64,000 nt of DNA from a virus. Lineage: Duplodnaviria > Caudoviricetes. The translations under genes were made by a program, and so were the position numbers. This document shows positions 54,681 to 62,853 of this stretch, in pieces. Below the pieces are notes generated by a model. That model did no database searches. It had not been told where the DNA came from and saw only the letters and a program-made list of their open reading frames with translations. The stretch is from IMG/VR virus record IMGVR_UViG_3300027996_003878; one strand, 5' to 3'. How positions within the stretch are numbered: position 1 is the stretch's first letter; the number at the start of each line of letters is the position of its first letter.

Positions 54681-54713
54681 ATAATCCTAAAATAAAAATC
54701 TATTAATATTTGA

Positions 54714-55049
54714 TTAAGTCAACTCTTTTTTACAAATAGAAAGAAACCTTGCATCTTTCTCTGCCTTATTTTGCCTAACCAGCTCACGATAGACGGCATG
54801 ACCCGCTCGTCTTAGTATCTTTGCAATGTCAAAATATACACCTTCACCAGTCCTACGAGCCAGCTTAAAGAAGCATTCCGAAAGCTCAAGTAATTCAACG
54901 TGCGGAGAGGCGCTTACCTCATCTGCCTTTCGAATAAATGCAAGGCCTACGACTTTTTTATAAAAAACATCGTCTCCGTGCTTTTTTAATGATTTCAAAT
55001 AAGAATTTAAAACCACATCTGAAAGTTTTTTTTGCATTGTTAAGCTCAT
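54714..55049 (-). CDS. Hypothetical protein
   Basis: 111 aa, co-oriented ORF. Confidence 0.7.
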   Translation of the reverse strand: MSLTMQKKLSDVVLNSYLKSLKKHGDDVFYKKVVGLAFIRKADEVSASPHVELLELSECFFKLARRTGEGVYFDIAKILRRAGHAVYRELVRQNKAEKDARFLSICKKELT

Positions 55050-55100
55050 AAGTTCATTTAACTACAAGTAAATACAATAAAAACGATATATTAATATAAA

Positions 55101-57281
55101 CTACCAAGAAGAAACAAGCCTGCCCCTGGACCCTTCTTCTTCATCATGCTCAACTAATATTGCATTAGAAAATTTATCCTTTAGAGCATCATTATGAGTT
55201 ATTACAAATATCTTAAAATTATTTTGCCAGGATTTTATTACATCCGCAAAAGCGTCAACTCCCGCCTTATCAAGCGGCTGATCTACCTCATCTAACTCTA
55301 AAAACCGTATATCAACCCCTAATCGCTTTTGAATGATCAAAGAAAGCGCCAACTTCAAACTAAGAGATATAAATAGCTTTTGGCCGCCAGATAGTTGCTC
55401 ATAGTCGCGCTCAATACCGTTTATTCTATAAGCAATATCTAAAGTATCCTCTTCTTTTCCTTTTGCAGTGTCTTTAGCGACAACAAACCTAATCTCCAAA
55501 CCAGGGCGAAGTTGAGATAAAAGATTGTTAGTTTCAATTTGAATGTCATCTAATATAGTATATATAATCATTGTAGGAATGCCACGAGAACTAAACGCCC
55601 TACAAACATGCTTGTGAATCTTTAAATCTAGCTCTAGGGCCTTTTTGCTTTTATTTAATTTTTTTAATTCCTTCTCGTCACGCTCTCTTGAGGATATTTT
55701 TTCTGTGTAAATGCCTAAGTAAGTATTCAGGGAAGATATTTCCCTCAAAGACAGCTCAAGGCTATTCTCTTTTTCCAAAATAATTTCTTGAATCTTGTCC
55801 GCTTCACTTGAATGCTCGCTTCCTTTTGTACTATTAACCAAAGCGGCGATATCTGCCCGCTCTGACATCATTGCTTTTTTATCAACCGATGCATTTTTAA
55901 GATCAGACTTTAAATCAACTATAAGCTCTGATAACTGCTGGGAGTAATCTTGAGAGTTTTTTATTTCGTCTTTTGTCGCTTGAATTTTATTGAAAATTCC
56001 ATTTTTCTTGGAATTAATACTTTCTATATTCTTTATTTCTTGTTCAAGTGATTCTCTTTTAGACGTAACAACTTTTAACTTGTTGCTATTTTCAAATATC
56101 TTTGAATCTAAAGACTGTATCTCTTCAGCTATTTGTCTTAGGCATTCATTTTTATGCTCTTCCGTAAGGGGCTGCCGGCAATGAGGGCAAGAATCTTCAT
56201 CCGGCATAGGAAGCCTAAGCTCTTCAACTTTGGCTTCTAATGATCCAATATAAGCCCTTCCATTTATTTCATTTTTTATAGATTTTTTTAAAATCTCTTT
56301 TACATTATCTAAATCTCTCAACTCAACTAAATCAAGAGCCTTAAACTCTTCATTTAAAGAATTAAACTGATTAACCTTAACTCCCAAACCTTTAGTTAAA
56401 GACTGCAATTTACTTTCTTTTGAAGAAAGATTCGCCTCTAAAGAAGATATGTTAGAATTAACTCTACAAATCTTTTCATCTAAAGATTTTAGATTAGCTT
56501 TTAATTTTGGAAGATTACTGTCATCTTTCTGCTGTAGTGCGAATAACTTTTCCCTATATATTGATAAACTTTTTTGCAGACCATCCCGCTCTTCAATAAA
56601 ACTGTTCGTCTTTTCTTTAATTTCTTTTAGCTTAGAATTAAAATCATCAATATCTGACTTTGGATCTCCAATATTTAGTATCAAAGACTCAATGTTAGTC
56701 AATTTGTTAACCAAATCTGAAGTTTTCTTTTTTGCAATCTTTTCAAATTTAATATAATTATTTAAATTTAAAATCTCTTTAAGTATACCCTTTCTAGCCT
56801 CAGGAGAGGCCGAAGCCAGACCGCTTAAGTCCGATTGGGCAAACACAACAGAATTATGAAAAGTTTTATAATTTATTTTAATAATTTTATTAGACAGCTC
56901 ATTTTCTGTCTCTGTCGGTGTTTTTTGACTAATATCAACCCACTCTTCTTTATTTTTTTTATATAGCCTTAAATCTGATTTAGATGACTTTAAAGAGCGA
57001 GTTCGAACTACACGATAAATGTCCGAATTAACCTCAAATTCAAATTTGACCTTACAAAGATCACGGCCATCTCTCACAACCTTATCAATAGTCTTTGTTG
57101 GGTACTTGCCGAATAAAACATAATCTATTGCATGAAAAATAGTGCTTTTACCAACGCCATTTGATTCATTAGGATTATTCCTATTACGACCCACAATAAG
57201 AGTGCTTTCAAATGCATTACAGTCAATATCAGTTAAAGAATGACTCATAAAGTTTTCTATATAAATACGTAAGGGCTTCAT
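55101..57281 (-). CDS. sbcC: SbcC/Rad50-like SMC ATPase
   Basis: NGVGKST Walker A, CPHC zinc hook, LSGGQ signature, LDEVD Walker B, VITH. Confidence 0.93.
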   Translation of the reverse strand: MKPLRIYIENFMSHSLTDIDCNAFESTLIVGRNRNNPNESNGVGKSTIFHAIDYVLFGKYPTKTIDKVVRDGRDLCKVKFEFEVNSDIYRVVRTRSLKSSKSDLRLYKKNKEEWVDISQKTPTETENELSNKIIKINYKTFHNSVVFAQSDLSGLASASPEARKGILKEILNLNNYIKFEKIAKKKTSDLVNKLTNIESLILNIGDPKSDIDDFNSKLKEIKEKTNSFIEERDGLQKSLSIYREKLFALQQKDDSNLPKLKANLKSLDEKICRVNSNISSLEANLSSKESKLQSLTKGLGVKVNQFNSLNEEFKALDLVELRDLDNVKEILKKSIKNEINGRAYIGSLEAKVEELRLPMPDEDSCPHCRQPLTEEHKNECLRQIAEEIQSLDSKIFENSNKLKVVTSKRESLEQEIKNIESINSKKNGIFNKIQATKDEIKNSQDYSQQLSELIVDLKSDLKNASVDKKAMMSERADIAALVNSTKGSEHSSEADKIQEIILEKENSLELSLREISSLNTYLGIYTEKISSRERDEKELKKLNKSKKALELDLKIHKHVCRAFSSRGIPTMIIYTILDDIQIETNNLLSQLRPGLEIRFVVAKDTAKGKEEDTLDIAYRINGIERDYEQLSGGQKLFISLSLKLALSLIIQKRLGVDIRFLELDEVDQPLDKAGVDAFADVIKSWQNNFKIFVITHNDALKDKFSNAILVEHDEEEGSRGRLVSSW

Positions 57282-57285
57282 AAAA

Positions 57286-58494
57286 TCACCTTGTTATACT
57301 AGCTAAATATTGATCTACAATCTCATTAGATATTGAGATAAACTTTGATTTTTCTTTTTTACTTGATAGCTTTAGCTGATCATTTGCATATAACTTAATA
57401 GCAGTTCTTGGATCTATTGAATTATCTTTGACTGTTTGCTTTTCAAGAGGTACTACCAAAATATTCTTTGACTCAGAAAAGCTACATATATAATATACAC
57501 CTAACTCAATTAAACAATTTTCTATCTTTTTTCTATCAACATTTTTAGAAGAAGGATCTAATAGATGTAATTCAATTTTAACAATTGAATTTTTAAAAGA
57601 GTTTACTTTGTTTATTTCATTTATCTTATCTAATACAAATTCAGTAGGATCAAAGCCCTCCAAAACCTGTAAGGATAGTTTTCTAAGTGGCCTTGATGGA
57701 ACCTCAATCTCATTGAATTTACTATCATTTTCCGTGTCAAAATGAATCAATATTTTCTTATGATTCGTCTCTCCAAAATCCGACAAATCCATACTGCCAA
57801 TATGAGCAACATAAGGCTCCCTAGACCTCACCTGAGGTCTATGGACATGCCCCATCCATACATAATCATAATCTTTAAACATATTTACAGGGCACATTAA
57901 CTCATTTGCGTGACTGTCAATCTCATCGCCAACAAACAAAGAACCCTCTATAGCCAAGTGACCTATTAAAACTTTATCATTGTTAATAGGAATGCTAGAT
58001 GACTCATAAATCAACTGTTTATACAGAAAGCTCAAAGCGTCTACATTTTTATCTTTATCTAGGGATCTTCGATCTCTAAAAGGCATCATAGTAAATGAAA
58101 CACCATCTCTGTGAATTGTATTGATGTTTTTATAAACAAAAACATTGTCAAAATCAGCAGTTTCTATTAAATCAAGGGGAGAGCTGTAATTAGCGCCACT
58201 TCTTTTGATATCATGATTCCCAGCTATTACGTGAACCTCTATATTATTTACTTTACATCTTTTTAAGAATTTAAAAAATAAATCAACTAAAGCATAATGA
58301 GGCTTTACATCTTCCCAAATGTCACCTGTTAAGATAATTAGTTCTGCATCAACGCTTAGGCACTGATCAACAATCCAATCTAATAACTTAACTTGATCTA
58401 GAACTCTACTATTTAGCGCATTGCCTATGCCAGGCTTTCCAATATTCACACCTTTGCCTAAATGAACATCTCCAACAATTATACCAACAGTCAT
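57286..58494 (-). CDS. sbcD: SbcD/Mre11-like nuclease
   Basis: GDVH, TGD, GNHD, GH and GHVH metallophosphoesterase motifs. Confidence 0.92.
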   Translation of the reverse strand: MTVGIIVGDVHLGKGVNIGKPGIGNALNSRVLDQVKLLDWIVDQCLSVDAELIILTGDIWEDVKPHYALVDLFFKFLKRCKVNNIEVHVIAGNHDIKRSGANYSSPLDLIETADFDNVFVYKNINTIHRDGVSFTMMPFRDRRSLDKDKNVDALSFLYKQLIYESSSIPINNDKVLIGHLAIEGSLFVGDEIDSHANELMCPVNMFKDYDYVWMGHVHRPQVRSREPYVAHIGSMDLSDFGETNHKKILIHFDTENDSKFNEIEVPSRPLRKLSLQVLEGFDPTEFVLDKINEINKVNSFKNSIVKIELHLLDPSSKNVDRKKIENCLIELGVYYICSFSESKNILVVPLEKQTVKDNSIDPRTAIKLYANDQLKLSSKKEKSKFISISNEIVDQYLASITR

Positions 58495-58504
58495 AATAAA
58501 TTCT

Positions 58505-59146
58505 CTACTTATCCTGATACAGTTCGATAAATTCTTTTAATTTATAAATTCTAGCCTCTAAGTCATTGCAATTTAATGAACTAAAGTTGAACGCACTTGA
58601 CATATAAACATCAAGGTTCCAATTTAAATTATTGATATATTCAAAAGCCTGATCTTTGCATTCATTTCTAATCAAAAAAGACCTTACACAATCAGCATAC
58701 TCAAATAATATTTTCTTTATCTCTGATAAGTCTACAACGTCAGTGCCATTAATTTCTTCTTTTTTAAAATTTACTGGTAGCAACTTCTTTGCTACATCTA
58801 TCTGGCTAACCCCCTCCATATAAGATATAAATTGAACCGCTCTTCCGCTTTTTTTACAGCCAAAACAGTAAAACCTATCTTCAGTATAGTTGAAGCCGAA
58901 TGAAGGCGTCGAATCATTGTGATCCTGAAAGGGGCACTGAATACAAGGAAGCCATCCGTTCAAATCACTTTCTAAATTAGAAATTAAATTATAATGTTTT
59001 AATATGGAATAGAGCGTAACTTTTTTGTTCGCCAAATTAATAATTTTATTATTTAATCCTCTAAATTTTTCATCGTATTCATCGAATCTTGGGTCATCTT
59101 CCCATCCAGAAGACTCTTTAGTACACTTATCTTGGCCGTATGACAT
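58505..59146 (-). CDS. Stand-alone CHC2 zinc-finger (primase zinc-binding domain) protein
   Basis: CPFQDHNDSTPSF....RFYCFGC..SG.AVQFI...EG, plus a helical C-terminus. Confidence 0.8.
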   Translation of the reverse strand: MSYGQDKCTKESSGWEDDPRFDEYDEKFRGLNNKIINLANKKVTLYSILKHYNLISNLESDLNGWLPCIQCPFQDHNDSTPSFGFNYTEDRFYCFGCKKSGRAVQFISYMEGVSQIDVAKKLLPVNFKKEEINGTDVVDLSEIKKILFEYADCVRSFLIRNECKDQAFEYINNLNWNLDVYMSSAFNFSSLNCNDLEARIYKLKEFIELYQDK

Positions 59147-59262
59147 GAAGTTGCAATAGGATCTGGAATGATATCAAAATGAGCGCATAGGCGTAAATAA
59201 TCACTATACACCTCCTTCTCGTAAGTAATTAGATCAAGAATTCTTGCCCTTGAAATATCCAT
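59053..59262 (-). CDS. Small hypothetical protein overlapping the CHC2 gene by 94 nt
   Basis: 69 aa; fills the gap after 59268..59777. Confidence 0.5.
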   Translation of the reverse strand: MDISRARILDLITYEKEVYSDYLRLCAHFDIIPDPIATSCHTAKISVLKSLLDGKMTQDSMNTMKNLED

Positions 59263-59267
59263 ACAAG

Positions 59268-59777
59268 TTATTGCTCACCGACACCGCTAGCATCGACGCT
59301 AGCATCAGTAGCTTGCTCAGAATTGCCACTCGACAATCTTAATTCTTTTTCCAACCTATCAACCTTGAAAGACAATTCATTATAATTGTCTCTAAAAATT
59401 ATTAAAGCCTTATAAAGCAAAGTAAGCAAACTAACAGAGCCCATGCCCTCTTGCTCATTTTCATCCGTATTGATGCTGATGGCAAAATTTATTAAGTCAC
59501 TTATAACTTCACGCTCAAGCTCAGAACTTATTGGTCCTTTATTTTGCTTTAGAGTAGTATCATTAATGACAGCCAAAAACTTCTTACCAAGCTCAAAAGC
59601 TAATTGCTGTCTATTTTGTGACTTTTCATGAAAATTTTTAACCTTCTCATCAAAGGCCTCTTTTTCCATAATTTTTTTCGCAAACTTAGACTTGCTTTTG
59701 TCTATTTTAAGAGGCCTAGTTGTTTCTTTAGGCTCCTCTGTACTATCAAAACTTATACGCGGCTCACTTGCTTTCAA
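59268..59777 (-). CDS. Hypothetical helical protein
   Basis: 169 aa, co-oriented ORF. Confidence 0.7.
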   Translation of the reverse strand: MKASEPRISFDSTEEPKETTRPLKIDKSKSKFAKKIMEKEAFDEKVKNFHEKSQNRQQLAFELGKKFLAVINDTTLKQNKGPISSELEREVISDLINFAISINTDENEQEGMGSVSLLTLLYKALIIFRDNYNELSFKVDRLEKELRLSSGNSEQATDASVDASGVGEQ

Positions 59778-60207
59778 CGTCTTCCTCTACCTTCAAGACA
59801 ACACTCTGCCTGTTCTGACCCGGCAAGTTAGGCTCATAAGCGCCCACACCATGCGAGATTCCTAACTTTACTCTTAAATCGTCTAACAGCCCCTCTGTGA
59901 CTGCCTCTGCGCATTTCTGAGCCACAGCTATATCAGGACAAACATTGTAAAAATCAGCAATTCGAATAATTGCATTCCAAATGTTTTCTTCCACATCTGC
60001 TTTAAGATCAGAGCTAGAGTAAACATAAAACTCATCATTAGAACGAAGATTATCTGAGTATTTATCTATTTGCTTTGAAACATTAGAAGAAACCTTTTCC
60101 ATCTTATGTAACTCCGCCTCTTTATTCTGGGCTACAAGCCTATTAATCATAGTTTTATTAATACTTCTCATTTTATCCTTATTGCGATCCATAATTACCT
60201 GCCCCAA
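59764..60207 (-). CDS. Hypothetical protein (probable start at the 2nd or 3rd Met)
   Basis: 147 aa ORF; its N-terminal helix resembles the head-region hairpin module. Confidence 0.7.
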   Translation of the reverse strand: MGQVIMDRNKDKMRSINKTMINRLVAQNKEAELHKMEKVSSNVSKQIDKYSDNLRSNDEFYVYSSSDLKADVEENIWNAIIRIADFYNVCPDIAVAQKCAEAVTEGLLDDLRVKLGISHGVGAYEPNLPGQNRQSVVLKVEEDVESK

Positions 60208-60415
60208 TCTCTCCAGAGGTCATATAACCATAATTATAAGAACTTCTATCCAGCGGGCTAAAATATTGATTTCTGTTCGGCAAATAGTCTTTGTAAACAA
60301 GATGAGGGTCTAAATATTGCAAATCAAAATCTCCATTTAAAATCTTATTCACAATAAACCGTAACACCGCTATTCTTTTTTTACGATTATCACTTATCTC
60401 ACTGATACGTTCCAC
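60179..60415 (-). CDS. Hypothetical protein (78 aa)
   Basis: Co-oriented ORF filling the gap. Confidence 0.5.
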   Translation of the reverse strand: MERISEISDNRKKRIAVLRFIVNKILNGDFDLQYLDPHLVYKDYLPNRNQYFSPLDRSSYNYGYMTSGEIGAGNYGSQ

Positions 60416-60448
60416 AAAATAATATCTATATATTATATGTTATCAATA

Positions 60449-60907
60449 TCATCTCTTATAGAGCCTAAGCAAGGGCCTATGAGGCCGATCATCACTCTCT
60501 TCTACATTAGAAGAGTCCGATGCCTTTATAAAAACACCTCTCATGCCAGAATCACTAACCTCAGCTTCAACCTCATGACTATCAAGAGTTAGCTTCAAAA
60601 ATAAACCACAAAGCCGATGATTTATTATAAATTTCTCATACAACCTAAACTCACTCTCTAGCCACAACGGCCTTGTGGGCAACTGATACCTATCTCTAAG
60701 GTTAAATATAAAATGTCTAATGGCATTTGCATCAAACATGGGTCGATCAAAAAGACGACAATTATCGAAATAGTCAGTTATAGCTTCGTAGTTAGAGAGT
60801 GATTCATCTACTTTTAAAATTACGTTTTCAACACTAGGGCAGCTTATAAAGTTGCCCTGCCGCAAACCAAAGCAGCCAAGTACAACATTAACAGTCCCGC
60901 CATTCAC
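60449..60907 (-). CDS. Hypothetical protein
   Basis: 152 aa, co-oriented ORF. Confidence 0.7.
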   Translation of the reverse strand: MNGGTVNVVLGCFGLRQGNFISCPSVENVILKVDESLSNYEAITDYFDNCRLFDRPMFDANAIRHFIFNLRDRYQLPTRPLWLESEFRLYEKFIINHRLCGLFLKLTLDSHEVEAEVSDSGMRGVFIKASDSSNVEESDDRPHRPLLRLYKR

Positions 60908-60932
60908 TCAAAAAACATTAACGTAAAAGTTA

Positions 60933-61280
60933 TTACATTCTTTTTACAACAACAAAATCATCAGCTTGCTCAACAGTGAACTTACTCGCCAGCGCCTCTT
61001 CCAGGGAGACTATCACGGCTGTTGAACTTAGCTTTAAGTAAAGCTCATCTGAGCCCGACTTAACTTTTACTGCATGATTTTGAATTTCTTGATTTGGCAA
61101 AGAAAATGCATTTATTTTAATACCTTTTATTTCTTCCCATATTTTATCTGCATCAGACATAACTTCTTCCTCCGTATCAGTTAGAATTGGCTTTAGACTT
61201 TTAAAAAAAACATTTTCTTCAACCAAATCATCTTCGTTCAATTGAACATCTTCACTATTATTTGACTCTTCTGCGTTCAT
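60933..61280 (-). CDS. Hypothetical protein
   Basis: 115 aa, GAGGT SD-like sequence. Confidence 0.7.
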   Translation of the reverse strand: MNAEESNNSEDVQLNEDDLVEENVFFKSLKPILTDTEEEVMSDADKIWEEIKGIKINAFSLPNQEIQNHAVKVKSGSDELYLKLSSTAVIVSLEEALASKFTVEQADDFVVVKRM

Positions 61281-61302
61281 CTTTTACCTCAAAATTTAAA
61301 AA

Positions 61303-61608
61303 TTATCCAACTAAATCATTGAATAGCTGTCTAAAATTACTTATATAAGACAGACCAACGACTCTATTTACTTCATTCCCATTTTCTAAAACAACCAACG
61401 TGGGAACAGTTTTTATGGAATATTTAGTAGCAAGATCTGGAACTTCGTCTATATCAACAGATATGAACTTCACACAATCGAACTCCTCTTCAAGCTTAGC
61501 TATAACGCCATTCATCATTTTACATGGCTGACACCACGAAGCAGAAAACTTCAAGCCGATTACACCTTGCTCTGAAATTAAATCATCAGAATTATTTAAA
61601 TTTATCAT
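61303..61608 (-). CDS. trxA: Thioredoxin
   Basis: FSASWCQPC, VDIDE..DLA.KY.I..VPTL. Confidence 0.9.
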   Translation of the reverse strand: MINLNNSDDLISEQGVIGLKFSASWCQPCKMMNGVIAKLEEEFDCVKFISVDIDEVPDLATKYSIKTVPTLVVLENGNEVNRVVGLSYISNFRQLFNDLVG

Positions 61609-61619
61609 ATTTAATACTC

Positions 61620-61838
61620 TTAGTTAGATAATTTATTGTTTTTTATTAAACTCATAAAATTCTCTACATATTTAGAAGAAGATTTTTCAATTTCATCTAT
61701 AATCTCGTCTTCTGTAACAATTCCCTTATTAACAAGCAATTTTTCTAAAGAGTATATTCGTATAAGAGTTTCGATTACCAGCTGTTGCATTTGCTGATCA
61801 ACATCATTTTTACTAAAATCATCATCAAATTTCGACAT
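61620..61838 (-). CDS. Small hypothetical protein
   Basis: 72 aa; LEKLLVNKGIVTEDE helix pair. Confidence 0.65.
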   Translation of the reverse strand: MSKFDDDFSKNDVDQQMQQLVIETLIRIYSLEKLLVNKGIVTEDEIIDEIEKSSSKYVENFMSLIKNNKLSN

Positions 61839-61840
61839 AA

Positions 61841-62287
61841 TTAAACCTTTATAGCTACATCCGATAAGAGTATTCCCCTTGTGTGATCTAGCTCATGCTG
61901 ACAGCAAACAGCTGCCAGGCCCGTAACGATAAAATTAAAAGGAGGAACCAAATTATCTATAACATGTATTTCTCTATAACGCTTTGTCTTTACAATTTTA
62001 CCTGGAAAAGACAGACAGCCCTCTTCCTCGAACAAAGACTCATCATAAGCACTTGCTATACGACAATTAACAAGATCTATATTTATATTTAAATTACTAG
62101 TTGGAACCCTTACAATTGCCATTTTCTTAGGAATACCTATCTGTGGTGCGGCAAGGCCTATACCGGGCATTCCCATGTCAGCAGATCGCTGCAACTCATA
62201 CTCAAGTTTATCTCTTAAAGAACTAACTTCATCTAAAGTCACATCTTCACATTTTACCCTCAATAAGGACTCATCTGTAATTATCAT
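61841..62287 (-). CDS. def: Peptide deformylase, minimal (148 aa)
   Basis: GIGLAAPQIG, EGCLS and QHELDH motifs. Confidence 0.93.
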   Translation of the reverse strand: MIITDESLLRVKCEDVTLDEVSSLRDKLEYELQRSADMGMPGIGLAAPQIGIPKKMAIVRVPTSNLNINIDLVNCRIASAYDESLFEEEGCLSFPGKIVKTKRYREIHVIDNLVPPFNFIVTGLAAVCCQHELDHTRGILLSDVAIKV

Positions 62288-62294
62288 ACTTAAA

Positions 62295-62852
62295 CTAACC
62301 AGTAGAGTCGCTCTTAGATATAATTGTAATTAAATTACGGCCATCCTGAGTAGGCGCACTCAGGATCACAAATTCTTCTATCAAATTTAAGAAATCTTCT
62401 AATCTCTTAAATCCTAATTTTTTTAAAGCTAACTCTCGTCCTTTGAACGTCACAGTGACCTTTACCCTGCACCCATCATCTAAAAATAACTTAGCCCTCT
62501 TCGCCTTGATTTTTAAATCATTACCATCAGTGCAAGGTCGAAATTTTACTTCCTTTAATTTTATTACACTTTCACGTTGCTTCTTTGAAAGAATTTTTTT
62601 CTTTTTAGAAAGATTATATTTATATTTGCCATAGTCCAAAATTTTACAAGCAGGAACATTCCACTCATTTGAAAATGAAATTTGTACCAAATCTAAATTT
62701 TCTTTATACGCTAAAGCTAAAGCATCTTTTGTCTCAACAACGCCAATATTATTATTGTTGCTATCAATACATAAAACTTTTTTAGAACGGATTTCCTCAT
62801 TAACACGCTCTCTAAAAGACTTACTCTTAGCCTTGTTTTTGTAACCTTTCAA
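62295..62852 (-). CDS. infC: Translation initiation factor IF-3 (TTG start)
   Basis: RVNEEI, A...NLDLV, CKILDYGKYKY, KEVKFRP, VKVTVTFKGRE. Confidence 0.93.
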   Translation of the reverse strand: MKGYKNKAKSKSFRERVNEEIRSKKVLCIDSNNNNIGVVETKDALALAYKENLDLVQISFSNEWNVPACKILDYGKYKYNLSKKKKILSKKQRESVIKLKEVKFRPCTDGNDLKIKAKRAKLFLDDGCRVKVTVTFKGRELALKKLGFKRLEDFLNLIEEFVILSAPTQDGRNLITIISKSDSTG

Positions 62853-62853
62853 A

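Noticed and set aside
2930-60440. T(A/G)ATATAT as a second promoter motif in several intergenic gaps
   Set aside because: Near-palindromic, low-complexity, and expected by chance at this AT content.
60933-61280. DciA/KH-like helicase-loader resemblance (WEEI...ELYLKLSSTAV..L)
   Set aside because: Too few matching positions to support by eye; needs HHpred.
979-62634. All other short plus-strand and alternate-frame ORFs in the track (e.g. 9310..9720, 13083..13421, 34872..35189, 47409..47795)
   Set aside because: They lie fully within longer minus-strand genes with recognisable content, and their translations are low-complexity mirrors of those genes.
42124-62852. A cellular (host chromosome) origin for dnaJ, tig, def, infC and trxA
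   Set aside because: They are interleaved with phage ORFans on one strand and lack their usual neighbours (dnaK, clpPX, fmt, rpmI-rplT).
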